64,000 bases of DNA from Octopus sinensis. Taxonomy: Eukaryota. Below the pieces are notes generated by a model, which searched no databases, was not told the origin of the DNA, and saw only the letters and a list, made by a program, of their open reading frames with translations. The DNA is taken from assembly GCF_006345805.1 (NCBI RefSeq), contig NC_043000.1:155124001-155188000 (forward strand), read 5' to 3'. A program made the position numbers and the translations under genes. Positions 38,915 to 51,121 of the stretch are shown here, one piece after another (positions within the stretch are counted from its first letter, which is position 1; the number at the start of each line of letters is the position of its first letter).

Positions 38915-39055
38915 ATCTGACAGTATGTCTTCACTCCTTGTGGAGGGCCGATAGCATCCAGCAGACTCTTGTGACCTTTTGCAACACTCTGATAGCTTTC
39001 TTTCATCTGCTTCTGTCAGTTTTCAGTGGCAGATGATAATGTTAACCATTACACA
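38915..39055 (+). repeat. Old unclassified dispersed repeat (second copy about 51405-51535)
   Basis: cttcac.ccttgtggagg.c.gatagca.ccag...gacctt...acactctgat..ctttctttca.ctgctt is shared between the two loci. Confidence 0.65.
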
Positions 39056-39559
39056 AAGATTTAATCGAGATTCTGTTGTGGTTGAGTCTGTCAGTATTTC
39101 TATGAGAATATTTGTAAACTCGCGTGTGTATACGTAAGCGCTTTTATATTAACCTATTATAATTCTGTATCGTAATCAATATTCAGTTAATCACGTGAAG
39201 AAAGATGAAAACATTCATTCTAAATATAAGGAAAACGAATATTGACCTTTCATTAACAGGAGGTTACACAGTTTTAAGGGAAGTGATTACGTATTGAATA
39301 CAATTCTGGGATATTCCTGGTATTTATCTTGCTGACCCTATCTCTAGAGGCAGAGATACCAATGTCAAATGCTGGCTGATTTGAACTCGGAACGCAACAA
39401 ATTAGTGCAAACATTTTAATCAGTCAGTCATTTCGCTGTAACAATATCAACGTTGATAATAAATGTTCCTGCTTGAGACAAAATGCCAGCAATTTTAGTG
39501 GGAGGGAGTTCGTCGATTCAGTCGACTCCAGGGTGAATGGCAAAGTTGATCTAGAGGGG

Positions 39560-39930
39560 ATTTGAAAACGGTATTTGAAGAGGTTGGTGAGAGTTTGCTC
39601 AAGCATTTCAGACGATTCCACCAACCACATCAATTCTTTTGTCACAGCTACCAAACGGAGAAACATTTGTCTCCTTTCCTTGTCAAAGTATGGTGTTGCG
39701 TCGATCTTCAGTATAAACTCAGTGGTCAGCTGGATTCTTCCTATACGTAACAGCAACTGCTCAACACAAGCCCACAAATTGTTAATGCATGGACACTGGT
39801 CAATAACGTGCAGGATTGCTTTGGTCTTTCTGCATGATTCTTGGACAGATTTGGCTGTTGACGATTCCATGTCTGAACAGCTCTCATACAACTGTAGCAT
39901 TGCTATTTCAAAGAATTTTAGAAGTTGTCC
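39560..39930 (-). mobile_element. Decayed LINE remnant, probably RTE
   Basis: Coding-like composition; weak similarity of a stop-interrupted frame to RTE ORF2. Confidence 0.35.
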
Positions 39931-39935
39931 ACAAT

Positions 39936-40328
39936 AGGCGCAGGAGTGGCTGTGTGGTAAGTAGCTTGCTAATCAACCACATGGTTCCGGGTTCAGTCCC
40001 ACTGTGTGGCATCTTGGGCAAGTGTCTTCTGCTATAGCCCCGGGCCAACCAATGCCTTGTGAGTGGATTTGGTAGACGGAAACTGAAAGAAGCCTGTCGT
40101 ATATATGTATATATATATGTATGTGTGTTTGTGTGTCTCTGTTTGTCCCCCTAGCATTGTTTGACAACCGATGCTGGTGTGTTTACGTCCCCGTCACTTA
40201 GCGGTTCGGCAAAAGAGCCCGATAGAATAAGTACTGGGCTTACAAAGAATAAGTCCCGGGGTCGATTTGCTCGACTAAAGGCGGTGCTCCAGCATGGCCG
40301 CAGTCAAATGAGTGAAACAAATAAAAGA

Positions 40329-40389
<61 letters not shown>
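39936..40389 (+). mobile_element. Family A composite SINE with tail expanded into (GA)n
   Basis: Complete copy; the AAAAGAG tail runs into (GA)n. Confidence 0.93.
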
Positions 40390-40391
<2 letters not shown>

Positions 40392-41220
40392 ATACTTGAC
40401 CTAAAATTTCTCCAGAAGAGACTACTCAGAATTTCCTCGTCGACGATGCTCACAATCAATCCCAGATGTTATAACCTTCGCGTTTTCTATTCTCCAAGCT
40501 GCCTGCATATACTCTCATTCTCCGAATTAGGAGTTTGGCATACAAGGCACAGCTTTCGGAGCTCCATTGACATTCCCATTTTTTATGATGAAGCTGGATT
40601 TCTTACTTATAATTTCCACATGCTCCTCTAGCATGGACATTGCACTGGCCAGGTGCCTATGAGGAGGTATGTTTGTGCCTCCAGACTTTGGTCACACAAC
40701 GTCTCATACATATGGATAAAATCACAAAGTAATGAGAAGAGCAAATTGTTGTAGCCATCTTACTAACTTTCTGCTCGCTGCTGCAGACAGCGATCACAAT
40801 CCTATGTTACTTTCCTCGGGTAAAGCATGCTACAGTGATCACATTTCCATTCCAGAAATATCTCGATTTCAACGGGGGATGGATATTGTGACTTTCTTTC
40901 CGTGGCATTGATGTGCTTGTAAATTATGCTTCATTTTTTGGGACACAACATCACCTCTTCTGCGAGTGATATGACTCTAAGGCGAATGTTATCATTTATA
41001 TAACTTCAATACCACTCGCTTTTCTTTACCAGAAAATAAGAATTCCATGGATCTGTAACGTGTGGGAAGAATGTTTTTATTTTCATGGATTTGTCGTCGT
41101 TTCAGTTGCTGATGTTGTCTTGTTTTTGTTTACTTTGCTGCTGTTGCCACTGCAGCTGTTGTTGTAGTTGTTATTGTTAAGCAACAAGACGGGAAAAGGT
41201 GATTAGGTGATGGTCTAGGG

Positions 41221-41421
41221 CAGTGCTTTCCAACCTTTTTGCTGGAGCGGAACCCCAAGATTACATTTCACTGGCTCGAGGAACCCCTGTGCAATAATTT
41301 AATAGTCTTATGCACACATATCTGCACAGGAGAATTAAAAATTACTGTCGATTTTAGCATTTTTGTAACTTCTTGCGGAACCCCTGGACTGTACTGGCGG
41401 AACCCTGGTTGAAAACCACTG
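41221..41421. mobile_element. hAT (Charlie-like) MITE, 201 bp, 8-bp TSD
   Basis: TIRs CAGTGCTTTCCAACC / GGTTGAAAACCACTG; GTCTAGGG at 41213-41220 and 41422-41429. Confidence 0.9.
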
Positions 41422-43134
41422 GTCTAGGGCTTAGAGGCGGGAGACCCCAGACCTTGGAAAAAAAAACTTTGGTTGTCTTGTTGTAGTCCAGGACTCTTCG
41501 TTGACGCCCGACACCCCTGGAAGGTGGCCCTCGAAGTCGCTGGAAATTGAGATCTCCAGGTCCAAATTCTTGAACGTCCGTCGCTTCAGCTGCTGTTAGC
41601 ACCCTTATTGCTCCCACTAATGTTTCCTGCTGATTGTTTTGCTATTGTTGGTGTCGTTACTGTTGTTATTGGAGTTGCAGTAGTTCTGTTGTCTTCGTCA
41701 TCGTCGCTGTTGTTGCTTTCAGTTCTTTTAGATTCTTAGTTTACCTTCAATGGAAGTGTTTCCCGCTACACCTGGAACACTTGCTACTGTACTACGACGA
41801 GTAAGCTTGTTGATGCACGAGGTTAGAGGAGGAGTGAATATATTTTCTCTTAAATTCCCTTCACCATTTAAAATTGTTCTAGTTACCTACTAAAATGGTT
41901 TTGCTGGAAAATTTATATCCGAAAATGCTATAGAACCGGAAAACACCCGTTCCCTGATTAAAATGAGGTAAAAAAAATGTTTCAGTGGAAACCTGGATAC
42001 ATCCGCCAAAAACAATGATTACAACTTTACAACTTCAGCGATAAAAAACGAAAGAAGAAATTTAGGCAAAAAGAAAAGAACTCATCAGTATTGTATCCAG
42101 TGAAGATTCTACATACGATGCCAACAACAACAACAACAACAACAACAGTAATAAAAATGCCCAGGGTGAATAACAGCATGGACTTGGAAACAATTTCCAC
42201 TCGTAAACATATTCAAAAACAAGCTGAAAATTACATTTTTTATGTGTTACATGGGATTATAAACCACTCCATATTGCTTAAGTAGCATACAACACATGTA
42301 AAAATAGCGAATAAAGAAGCAAAGGAATACAAACGAAACAAGACGAACCAACCGAAAATGAAACCAACGATATTCAAAAATTAATTAGCTATGTTAATAA
42401 ATCATAGAGTAATAAAAACAATATCTGAATCACCAATATTCTATGATGAATGCTGTATCGTGACATTGATGAGCGACCAGTATAAAACTAATGTAACACG
42501 TGCTTCAGAAGAAGTGTTCTCACATGAGACTAACTGTAAACAAACATGACCCACCTCAGACTACTAGCAGCCAATAAAATACAAGTAACGGATAAAAGAG
42601 AGTTTTGGCCCAAGGAACAATTTATCAAATAGTTAGTAGGTATCCATCATATATCCAACAAACATAAATGTCATAATAAAGACGTTAGAGCAAGAGAGAA
42701 AATAAATACAAGTACACTAGTAGCGGAACTCACCAAAATATAGTAGAAACAGGTCTAGAAAAACAAACGTACAAATAATGCAGGTTGAAAATACACAAAC
42801 GTCAACAATCAAAAAAACATAATCATTTGGAAACTACTGAATACATCAAAACAGAATGGGTCACTCAACAATCACCTGAAAAAAGAAGGCGACCCAACAG
42901 AAAGGACTATATACAATATAATTGAGAGTTCAAAAGAAATTGAAAATATCTCAGAAACCACTGAAAGGAAAACAGAAATACAAGCAGCAAGAAAAAAAAG
43001 GCACAAAAATAGATAAGAGACAAATGATGATAATTGTCACACAAGATTCTTATAGAAACATTTAGCCAAATACGTAGCTACAACAGAAATATACCATCGG
43101 TCCTATACTTCAAAATTACATCAACGACAATTCT

Positions 43135-43256
43135 TTATAATTTCTGCACAAGGTCTGAAATTTAGGGAACGGGACCTAGTCAATTACATCCACCCCAGCG
43201 CTCAATTGTTACTTATTTTACCGACATATTAACGATTTTGTCAGCTCGACGCCCCT

Positions 43257-43297
<41 letters not shown>

Positions 43298-43648
43298 TGT
43301 TTCATATTTGGCATAAGACAAGTAATTTTAAGGATAAGGGGTCATAGTAATCGATTATATCGACCACTGTATTTCATTGGTAGTTTATTTTATCGACCCC
43401 GGAAGGATGCAAATTAAAGTTAACCTCAGCGGGAATTTCAAATCAGAACGTAAAGAATCTGATGAAATGCTGCTCCATTCTACTGGAAGCACAAGGTCTC
43501 AGATTTGGGGAAAGGGATTAAGTCTATTACATCGACCCTAGTGCGTAACTGGTACTTATTTAACCGACCTTGAAAAGACGTAAGGTAAAGTCGACCTCCA
43601 CGGAATTTGACCTCAGAACGTAGCGACAGACGAAATACCGCTAAGCAC
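43135..43648 (-). mobile_element. Cluster of partial family B SINEs with (AAT)n spacers
   Basis: Repeated atcgacccc...actggtactt...aaagtcgacctc...gaatttga.ctcagaacgta blocks. Confidence 0.8.
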
Positions 43649-43675
43649 AATAATAATAATAGTAATAATGATAAG

Positions 43676-44253
43676 TGTTATTCATAGAGTAAGTGAATGT
43701 AGAATGCTGACACAGAAAGAATACAAGAAAAGACATGACAACCCAGGGTGGTAATCCACCGGGAGTTATGTAGGAAGGTAAGATTTGACGATACATAGTA
43801 TGAACCATAATCATATAAATATCAATCTAGTAAAGTACTAGAAAGTAAGAAATATAAGAAGTTGTGGGACTTGAGCATTCAGACTAACGGAGTAATAGAA
43901 GCTAGAAGGCATGAATTAGTAATAATAATGAAATTATTGTATACAGTGCTCTAGTAGTAGATAAGGAGGATAAAAAGTGCTAGATAATTGACTTTACAGT
44001 CCCAAATGATGAAAAAGTCAATATGAGGGGTGTAGAAAAAATAGCAAAGTACCAGGACCTAGCTATTGAATTATAGAGAATATGAAAAGTGCAACTAAAA
44101 TGTATCCCAGTAGTTAAAGGTGTATTAGGAACTATCCTCAAAGATTTGAACAGATGGATAGAGGAAATAGGCATAAAACCCAGCTTAGTACAGTTCCAGA
44201 AAAGAGTGTCATCAGGGATAGCTTGGGTACTTAGGGGTGTTCTTGATATATAA
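43676..44253 (+). mobile_element. RLE-type (R4/Dong-like) non-LTR retrotransposon 3' end, pseudogenised
   Basis: H.VSEC...KEYKKRHD...LWDLSIQTNGVIEARR...IIDFTVPND...EKIAKYQDLAIEL...IPVVKGVLG, i.e. CCHC knuckle plus PD..D endonuclease motifs, with stops. Confidence 0.85.
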
Positions 44254-46104
44254 GGTTCCTTGTATGTTAGGAATTTCTCTTTTCCAACCGTGTAATCTGT
44301 TGTGCGTATTTGAATAATTATAATGATAATCCTGTCTATTATAGGTACAAGGCTATTCGATTACATCGACTTAGTACTCGACTGGTATTATTTGATCGAT
44401 TTCTGAAGGATAAAAGGCAAAGTCGACCTTAGTGGAATTTGAACTCAGAACGTAAATACAGACGAAATGCCGCTAAGCCAAAACTTTTGTTACAAGGGAG
44501 ATAATACAAATAAAATCTTTGATTAAAAAAGGACTCAAAACGGCTTCCCCTAAACACTAATTCTTCACTAGACTCGACAGAAGGGTAGTAAACCTAAGTG
44601 AAAGCCAACTATAACTCAAAAGGTCTGGGCTAAAAGCAAAAACAAATATGATCTTAGCTGCACAGAACAAGACTGATGACTAGATAAAAAAAGAAGAAGC
44701 GTAGTCTATGTATTCAGTACAAAGAGAAAATTTATCACTTAATTTTCGGTTACTCAGTCCTTTCAAAGGAAAAAACATCACGTATTATAGAATAAATTTC
44801 ACATAAAGTATCATCTAGAAAGTTTTTCTAATCAATGCTTTTCTCTAGTTTTTGCACATATCACGAGTTAGCCCCGTTATCGTTTTGGATGTGATTGCAT
44901 AATATATAATAAAATAGTTATTACCGCAGCAGAACATTTCTGTCAAGAAATGGATTAAACTTAAAAAGAAGTTAACTTTAAAATTAGAATACCAAAAGTA
45001 GACGGACATTATACCTGGCACGTATGGCGACCATAATGAGCTTATCAAAAAGACAAGTTCTATATAGCCACTGCTTATACAAACCAAATGCGTCACGTAT
45101 AAAATTAAAAAAGAAAACTGAGTCTGGATTGAATAATCTTCACCAGACTAAATAAGACAGAAGCATCAGCGTTTATTACATGGGAACAAAGCATCGTAAC
45201 GAAATATACTGCACCGAATACTGTCGAACAACATACGTTGCTTGTTGTTTACGTCGTATATTTTCTGTTGCGATACAGTGTATTGTATCAGGATATCTGA
45301 CAGTTATTCGCATCAAATATATTTGAAAGCACAACCGCGCAACAAAGTTGTTTGGCATACAACCCTAACTTTAGTTACAGCTCTGTGCTACTCTATGAAT
45401 TTTTACCAGACTAAAAATATGACCATACGAAGTTGCTTTAGCGTACAGACAGATCCGATAGAACATAGTAAGCCTGACATTTTCAGTGGCAAATAGCAAT
45501 GGCATATTAATAGGCGGCATAACAATACTGAATATCAATAACGAAAAGATTCGAGATAAAAAGTTAAATAACAATAATGAATTTATTAAATTTTCTCTCA
45601 AATTAAAGACAATAGGGCAGTTAACAACCGTGTATATCATACTAATTGTTATCCATAGTTCTTGATTGATACACAGTCTATGTTAACACTCAGACAGATA
45701 ACCTCTAAGAAAAGACACAAGTAAATTCAAGAAAATAGCAACGGGAGGGTCTGTAGACGTTAGTATGGAATCCTCACACTATTTTTTGTGAACATTGTCG
45801 GGTATGTTTTTAAAAAATTGGTTTTGAAGCATGAAGAGCTATTCTTGATGTGTACCAAAAATATACACAAATCGTAATGAAAGAAAATCCGAGGGAATAG
45901 TAAAACAACGCAACTGATTCCTCGTAGAAATATTAACTGTGTACAGCAATTTGAAAATAGGCATCCATATTCTAAAGATCAGCAAGATTGACTTCAGAAA
46001 GATTAGTGGATTAAATTGGGAAGATATCAGGCTGCCCTCATCTATAGTAAAAAAAACTATCATCATTATTTGTTCGGCTAACTGCAGAGCGTTACCTGCG
46101 AAAA

Positions 46105-46795
46105 TACTGTCTGTACATATTGGTCTCAAATTTTGGCACAAGGTCAGCAATTATGGGGGAGGGTGCAAGGCGATTACTTCCACCTCAGTACTCAACCGGT
46201 ACTTATTTCTTCGACTCCTAAATGATGAAACGCAAAGTCGACTGCAGCGGAATTTGAACTCAAAACGTAAAGACGGACGAATTTCCGCTAAGCATTTTGC
46301 CCGGCGTTTTGCCTGGCTAACGATTCTGCCAGCAAGCCGCCTTACATTGGTGTATAATATTGATTTAAAAATTTAGCACATGGCCAGCAAGTTCGAGGGA
46401 TTGCAGTAAATCGTACTTATTTTATCGACCCCAAAAGGTAAAGTCGACATCGGCAGGATTTGAACTCAATTCGTAAAGATGGACGAAATAACGATAAGCA
46501 TTTCGCACTGGTGTGCTAACGATTCTGCCAGCTTCGCCGTCTTACATTGATGTATAATACTGGTTTCAAAGTTTGGTACAAGGCCAAGAATTTTGGGGTA
46601 GGGTGCTAGTCGATTACATCGACCCCAGTGTTCAACTGGTACTTAATTTATCGACCTCCAAAAGGATGAAAAGCAAAATCGAGCTCGGCGAAATTTAAAC
46701 CCTGAACGTGAAGACAGACGGAATGCCGCAAAGCGTTTTGGCTGGCGTGCTAACGATTCGGCCAGCTCGCCGCCTTAACATTGATGTATAATACT
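46105..46795 (-). mobile_element. Three tandem family B SINE variants
   Basis: Junction motif cttacattg.tgtataata at 46341, 46541 and about 46774. Confidence 0.85.
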
Positions 46796-47768
46796 GAATG
46801 TAGTTTATTGAGTATGGTGACCCAGGTCTCCTTATGCAGACACTATTGTTGCTTAAGCAGTAAGAATTCTATAATAGTAACATTACATTAACAACCGCCA
46901 CGCTTTGTTTCTGAGTATGTTACGTATACATTCAGACAAAAATACAAAGTCTAGTTTTAAAAGTTATTTCAGTTTGCGTAATTATTTACTTAATTATTTT
47001 GGGTTATTTTCTTCACGGTTATTATTTGCGCTATTTGGCAACTGATGTTAAAAGAAACTGACCGGAATATAGACATGTCTGTCTCAGTCGCCTGTCAGCA
47101 CTGTTTCATTTTTGACTGCTTTTAAAGAAATGGTTTAACAGATGAACATGTAACATTTTCAGACATTAGACATCTGGTGTGTGTAACGGTATGTTCTATT
47201 ATAGACCATCTGCTGACTGTAATTTCAGGTACATATTATAGAAAAACAGATGCAAATTATCTGTAAACGGTGAATTCTCATCAGGTAATCTCGGAAGATC
47301 TTAGAATCTGTCAAACATGAGATCCGAAGCATGATATACCGACAAATCAGTTATGGTGTTTTATAATTTACTTTTAAAATAAATTTATGCTTACATATTT
47401 CACATCGACATGCACAAACGCTAGTAAACACAGACACACAATACATATATATATATATATATATAAATATTTGTGTATGAGTGTGTGAGCGTACATGTAT
47501 GTGTGTGTGTATGTACTGCGCGCGTGTGTATGAGTGTGTTTGTGTTTGTGAAATATGCATTACATATCCTCTAGGTTCAGCTTGTAGGGGTGGGAGCCAG
47601 CATAATGTTGTATTTGATGAGTGATTAAACAAAAACTAGCTAAGCAAAAGGAAAATTTGGTTTCGGCAGCTGAATAAGTTATAGTTGACGGTTCTTTAGC
47701 GGAACGAGGAAAATGTTTTAATTCATGACTCATGAGCATATTACGACTCCTTTCTATGATACTATTTC

Positions 47769-48000
47769 TATTTCTTTACTACCCACAAGGGGCCAAACAG
47801 AGAGGGGACAAACAAGAACAGACAAACGGATTAAGTCGATTATATCGACCCCAGTGCGTAACTGGTACTTATTTAATCGACCCCGAAAGGATGAAAGGCA
47901 AAGTCGACCTCGGCGGAATTTGAACTCAGAACGTAACGACAGACGAAATACGGCTACGCATTTCACCCGGCGTGCTAACATTTCTGCCAGCTCACCGCCT
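47769..48000 (-). mobile_element. Full-length family B SINE with 17-bp TSD (one mismatch)
   Basis: TTCTATGATACTATTTC at 47752-47768 and TTCTATAATACTATTTC at 48001-48017. Confidence 0.93.
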
Positions 48001-48124
48001 TTCTATAATACTATTTCATGTCCACAGATGCACACACGCGGGTGCGCACGTACGCATAAATCTTAAAATCATCCTTCCGTTAATTTCGTTTCCTATTCTC
48101 CTTTCTTAATTATTGTGCTAATAT

Positions 48125-48531
48125 TTCCGATGACCGATGAGACTGACTTGGTATGAAGGATGCAATCTGCACACGATGAACTTGGTAAACAGAGTGGAAT
48201 GTGTCTGAGATTGGCAGATTTTCCGTTTTTGTCGTTTGTCCTCATTTTACGAAGTTCTTGCTCAAGGTGGTTTCATGTCAGTTTTGCGCTCTCAACTGTT
48301 CGTTCTACTCAGGTTTTCAAGCTGACTGTGGTCTTTTACGTAGTTTCTTTGATCTGGTCCCACCGGCGTCGCAAAGAGGATCTTGGGCGTCTTCTGTTGG
48401 TGAACAATATGGCAAATATATCCGTGTTACTCTTAAGGTACACATGGACTTTATCTCTGAGCTGATATTTAATGATGTTGGATTCGATATTGTTAGTTTA
48501 TGTTTTCTCAAGGTCTGCAAAACTAACGACG
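48125..48531 (-). mobile_element. Older RTE LINE 3' remnant (continues at about 49094-49235)
   Basis: Degenerate C-terminal zinc-finger-like end (F..C.L....SLIGHR) and an upstream ..FHQQ motif across the insertion. Confidence 0.55.
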
Positions 48532-48544
48532 CTTTCCTCCCATG

Positions 48545-49080
48545 TCTTGTCTTGTCTTGAGACAGCATTCACCCGGGGTGGGTTGGGCTGGCTTCATTCA
48601 TCCTCAATACTGCATCTCTCACAAACGCCGACCAGACCTGGCGATTTGAGGCTAACGACCGCGTGATCTCCAAACACTCCCTATTCCAGCGGCAAACGCC
48701 TTAGACATGGTGGCCCAGGCTGGGTTCCAGATCAGCCTTGACTGTCATCAGCCAGGTTTTTCGTTGTCCACCACGTCGCTTTCGTCAACCCTGAAGGGGA
48801 GCTGGGGCGATTGCTTCGTAGATGAATTCGCCTGGTTGACGATGGAGGGCATGACCCAGCCAACGCAGACGTCTCCTTAGGATGACTTGTCAGAGGGAGG
48901 TGACTTTGCACCGGTGTCGCACCGAATTGTTGGAGACAAAGTGATGCCATCGGACACGAAGGATGCGGCGTAGACAGAGGTGATCGAAGGATTCAAGTCG
49001 CTTAATATCTTCCACCCTCGTCGGCCATGACTCGCTGCCTTAAAGGAGAATCGTTCGCACCAGTGCTTGGTAGATCCGTA
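48545..49080 (-). mobile_element. 5'-truncated RTE-clade LINE with (CAAGA)n tail and 13-bp TSD
   Basis: RIYQALVRTILL*GSESWPTRVEDIKRLESFDHLCLRRILRVRW...RRRLRWLGH...GGQRKTWLMTVKADLE...VRDAV; CTTTCCTCCCATG at 48532-48544 and 49081-49093. Confidence 0.92.
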
Positions 49081-50129
49081 CTTTCCTCCCATGCTACGTT
49101 TCTGAATGAAATATGTTATGTTTCTGCTGGTGAAAGCACTCAAGTTTCTTGGTGTCACGGCTGTAGACAATTTATGTTTTCTAACCATAGAATTATAGAG
49201 AAAAACGAAGTCAACTTCATAAACCATGCGTTTCATCTGTTTTAATTTGTTTTCTGAAGGTGATGTAGGATCTAAGACGATTTACCTGCTCTGATCGATC
49301 ATTAATAATTGTCCAACGCTAGCACAGTGGACACATACCCTATCTCTTAAATTAAATTTCATATACCGAGACACATATAAATTTCAGGTTACAGAGTGTA
49401 TAAACATTCGAGGATGCTAAAACACACATAGAACACTTCCTTAAGCCGGTCAACTTTAAAGCAAATTCGAGGTAGTTAAATACGTAATCGGAGGACGAGA
49501 GACGTAAATTATAAGGTGTAGATAATGAGCACAAATTAACAAATAATAATAATATATAGTTATTCGATGTAGATATATCATAGTGGTCTGCATGAAACAA
49601 ATTACTCTAGGCTTGGTAATATATAGCATTAATGCCTCTCAAAAATACATGGTTATTCTCATATCACTATTTAGCAAAGAACTCAAAACTTCGAAGCTTG
49701 AAGTTATATATAATTTAATGCTAAATTATGAATATTAACCGAATTAAAAATAACCTGAAGCAAATTTCCTAAAATAAAAATATTCTTTATACTATAATTT
49801 TGATTTAGTACCACACAGGCGAAAATTGTGTAGATTACAGTTATAATGAATATTTAATTATTTCCTGTTCTTACCGGCATCCCATGAATATTATACGTCT
49901 CCAAGAAATATGAGTTATTACAAACGCACAGAGAAACATACATATGTATGTATTCATTGTTGATCTTGGCTTTCTTCAGTGTGTAATACTCACACACACA
50001 AGCACGCACACACACGTACACATAGACACACATACGCACGCACACACATACTTACACATAAATGATTGAAGTTAGCTTGCATCCAAATATAATTTTCTTG
50101 AATGCTACCATGAAACACACAATGTGAAG

Positions 50130-50650
50130 AGAACGGTCAGCAGCAGGTTTGCTGGCCAGTTTCAGAATTAAGCAAGCATTGTTTAGTGTATGTTTTAGGT
50201 CCTTCCTGATGGGCAGTACTCTCTCTTCTCTGGTGAGTCATCCAGTCGAATATCTCCATCGCAATAGTTTGGAAAAGAAGTAACCAATATGCCAAACCAC
50301 CTACGTGCAAATGTGCCGGTGAATACATCCACTTGGGAAAACCTGTATGTTCCACTACTTCCCATCATCGCAAAGTTTTTTCCATAGCGTATTTTCCAAG
50401 AAATTGTGTCCTGAAGCATGAAATTGATTATAATGTGTAAAGCGAGCATAGAACTACATTCGCTTCTCTTCTTAAGTAAAACAGTTTCTTTATCCCGGTG
50501 GCCCAGCCTAGGCTGGCATGAGTAGAACTTCGTCAGGTTTTAGTTTAGAATCTGCTTCTCCAAGAACTGTTCTATCAAGAACTAAGGGTCTGTTGCTCCC
50601 ATATGGACTTGCAGTGTGTCCTTCCACTAGCACGACTATTTCCAAATCCC
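50130..50650 (-). mobile_element. Decayed RTE LINE remnant
   Basis: YGS, ISWK and W.....G.PKTY motifs in broken frames. Confidence 0.5.
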
Positions 50651-50759
50651 CGCACAAATATCTGTCTGTCTGTCTATTTATCTATCTGGTTGCCTATATA
50701 TCTGTTTGTCTGTCTGTCAATCTCTCTCTATCTGTCCATCCATCCATCCATCCATCCAT

Positions 50760-50915
<156 letters not shown>

Positions 50916-51059
50916 ATGTCTGTCTGTCTGTCTATCTATCTGCCTGCCTGCCTGTCTGTACGTTTGTCTGTCTAATATAGCCGCGGGCCGTCCAAAGCCT
51001 TATGAATGGAATTGGTAGACGGAAACTGGAATAAGCCCATCGTAAATATATATATATAT

Positions 51060-51121
<62 letters not shown>

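Noticed and set aside
46105-46795. Regularly spaced repeats suggestive of a CRISPR-like array
   Set aside because: Units are ~200-bp diverged SINE copies in eukaryotic DNA; no short identical repeats with unique spacers and no cas genes.
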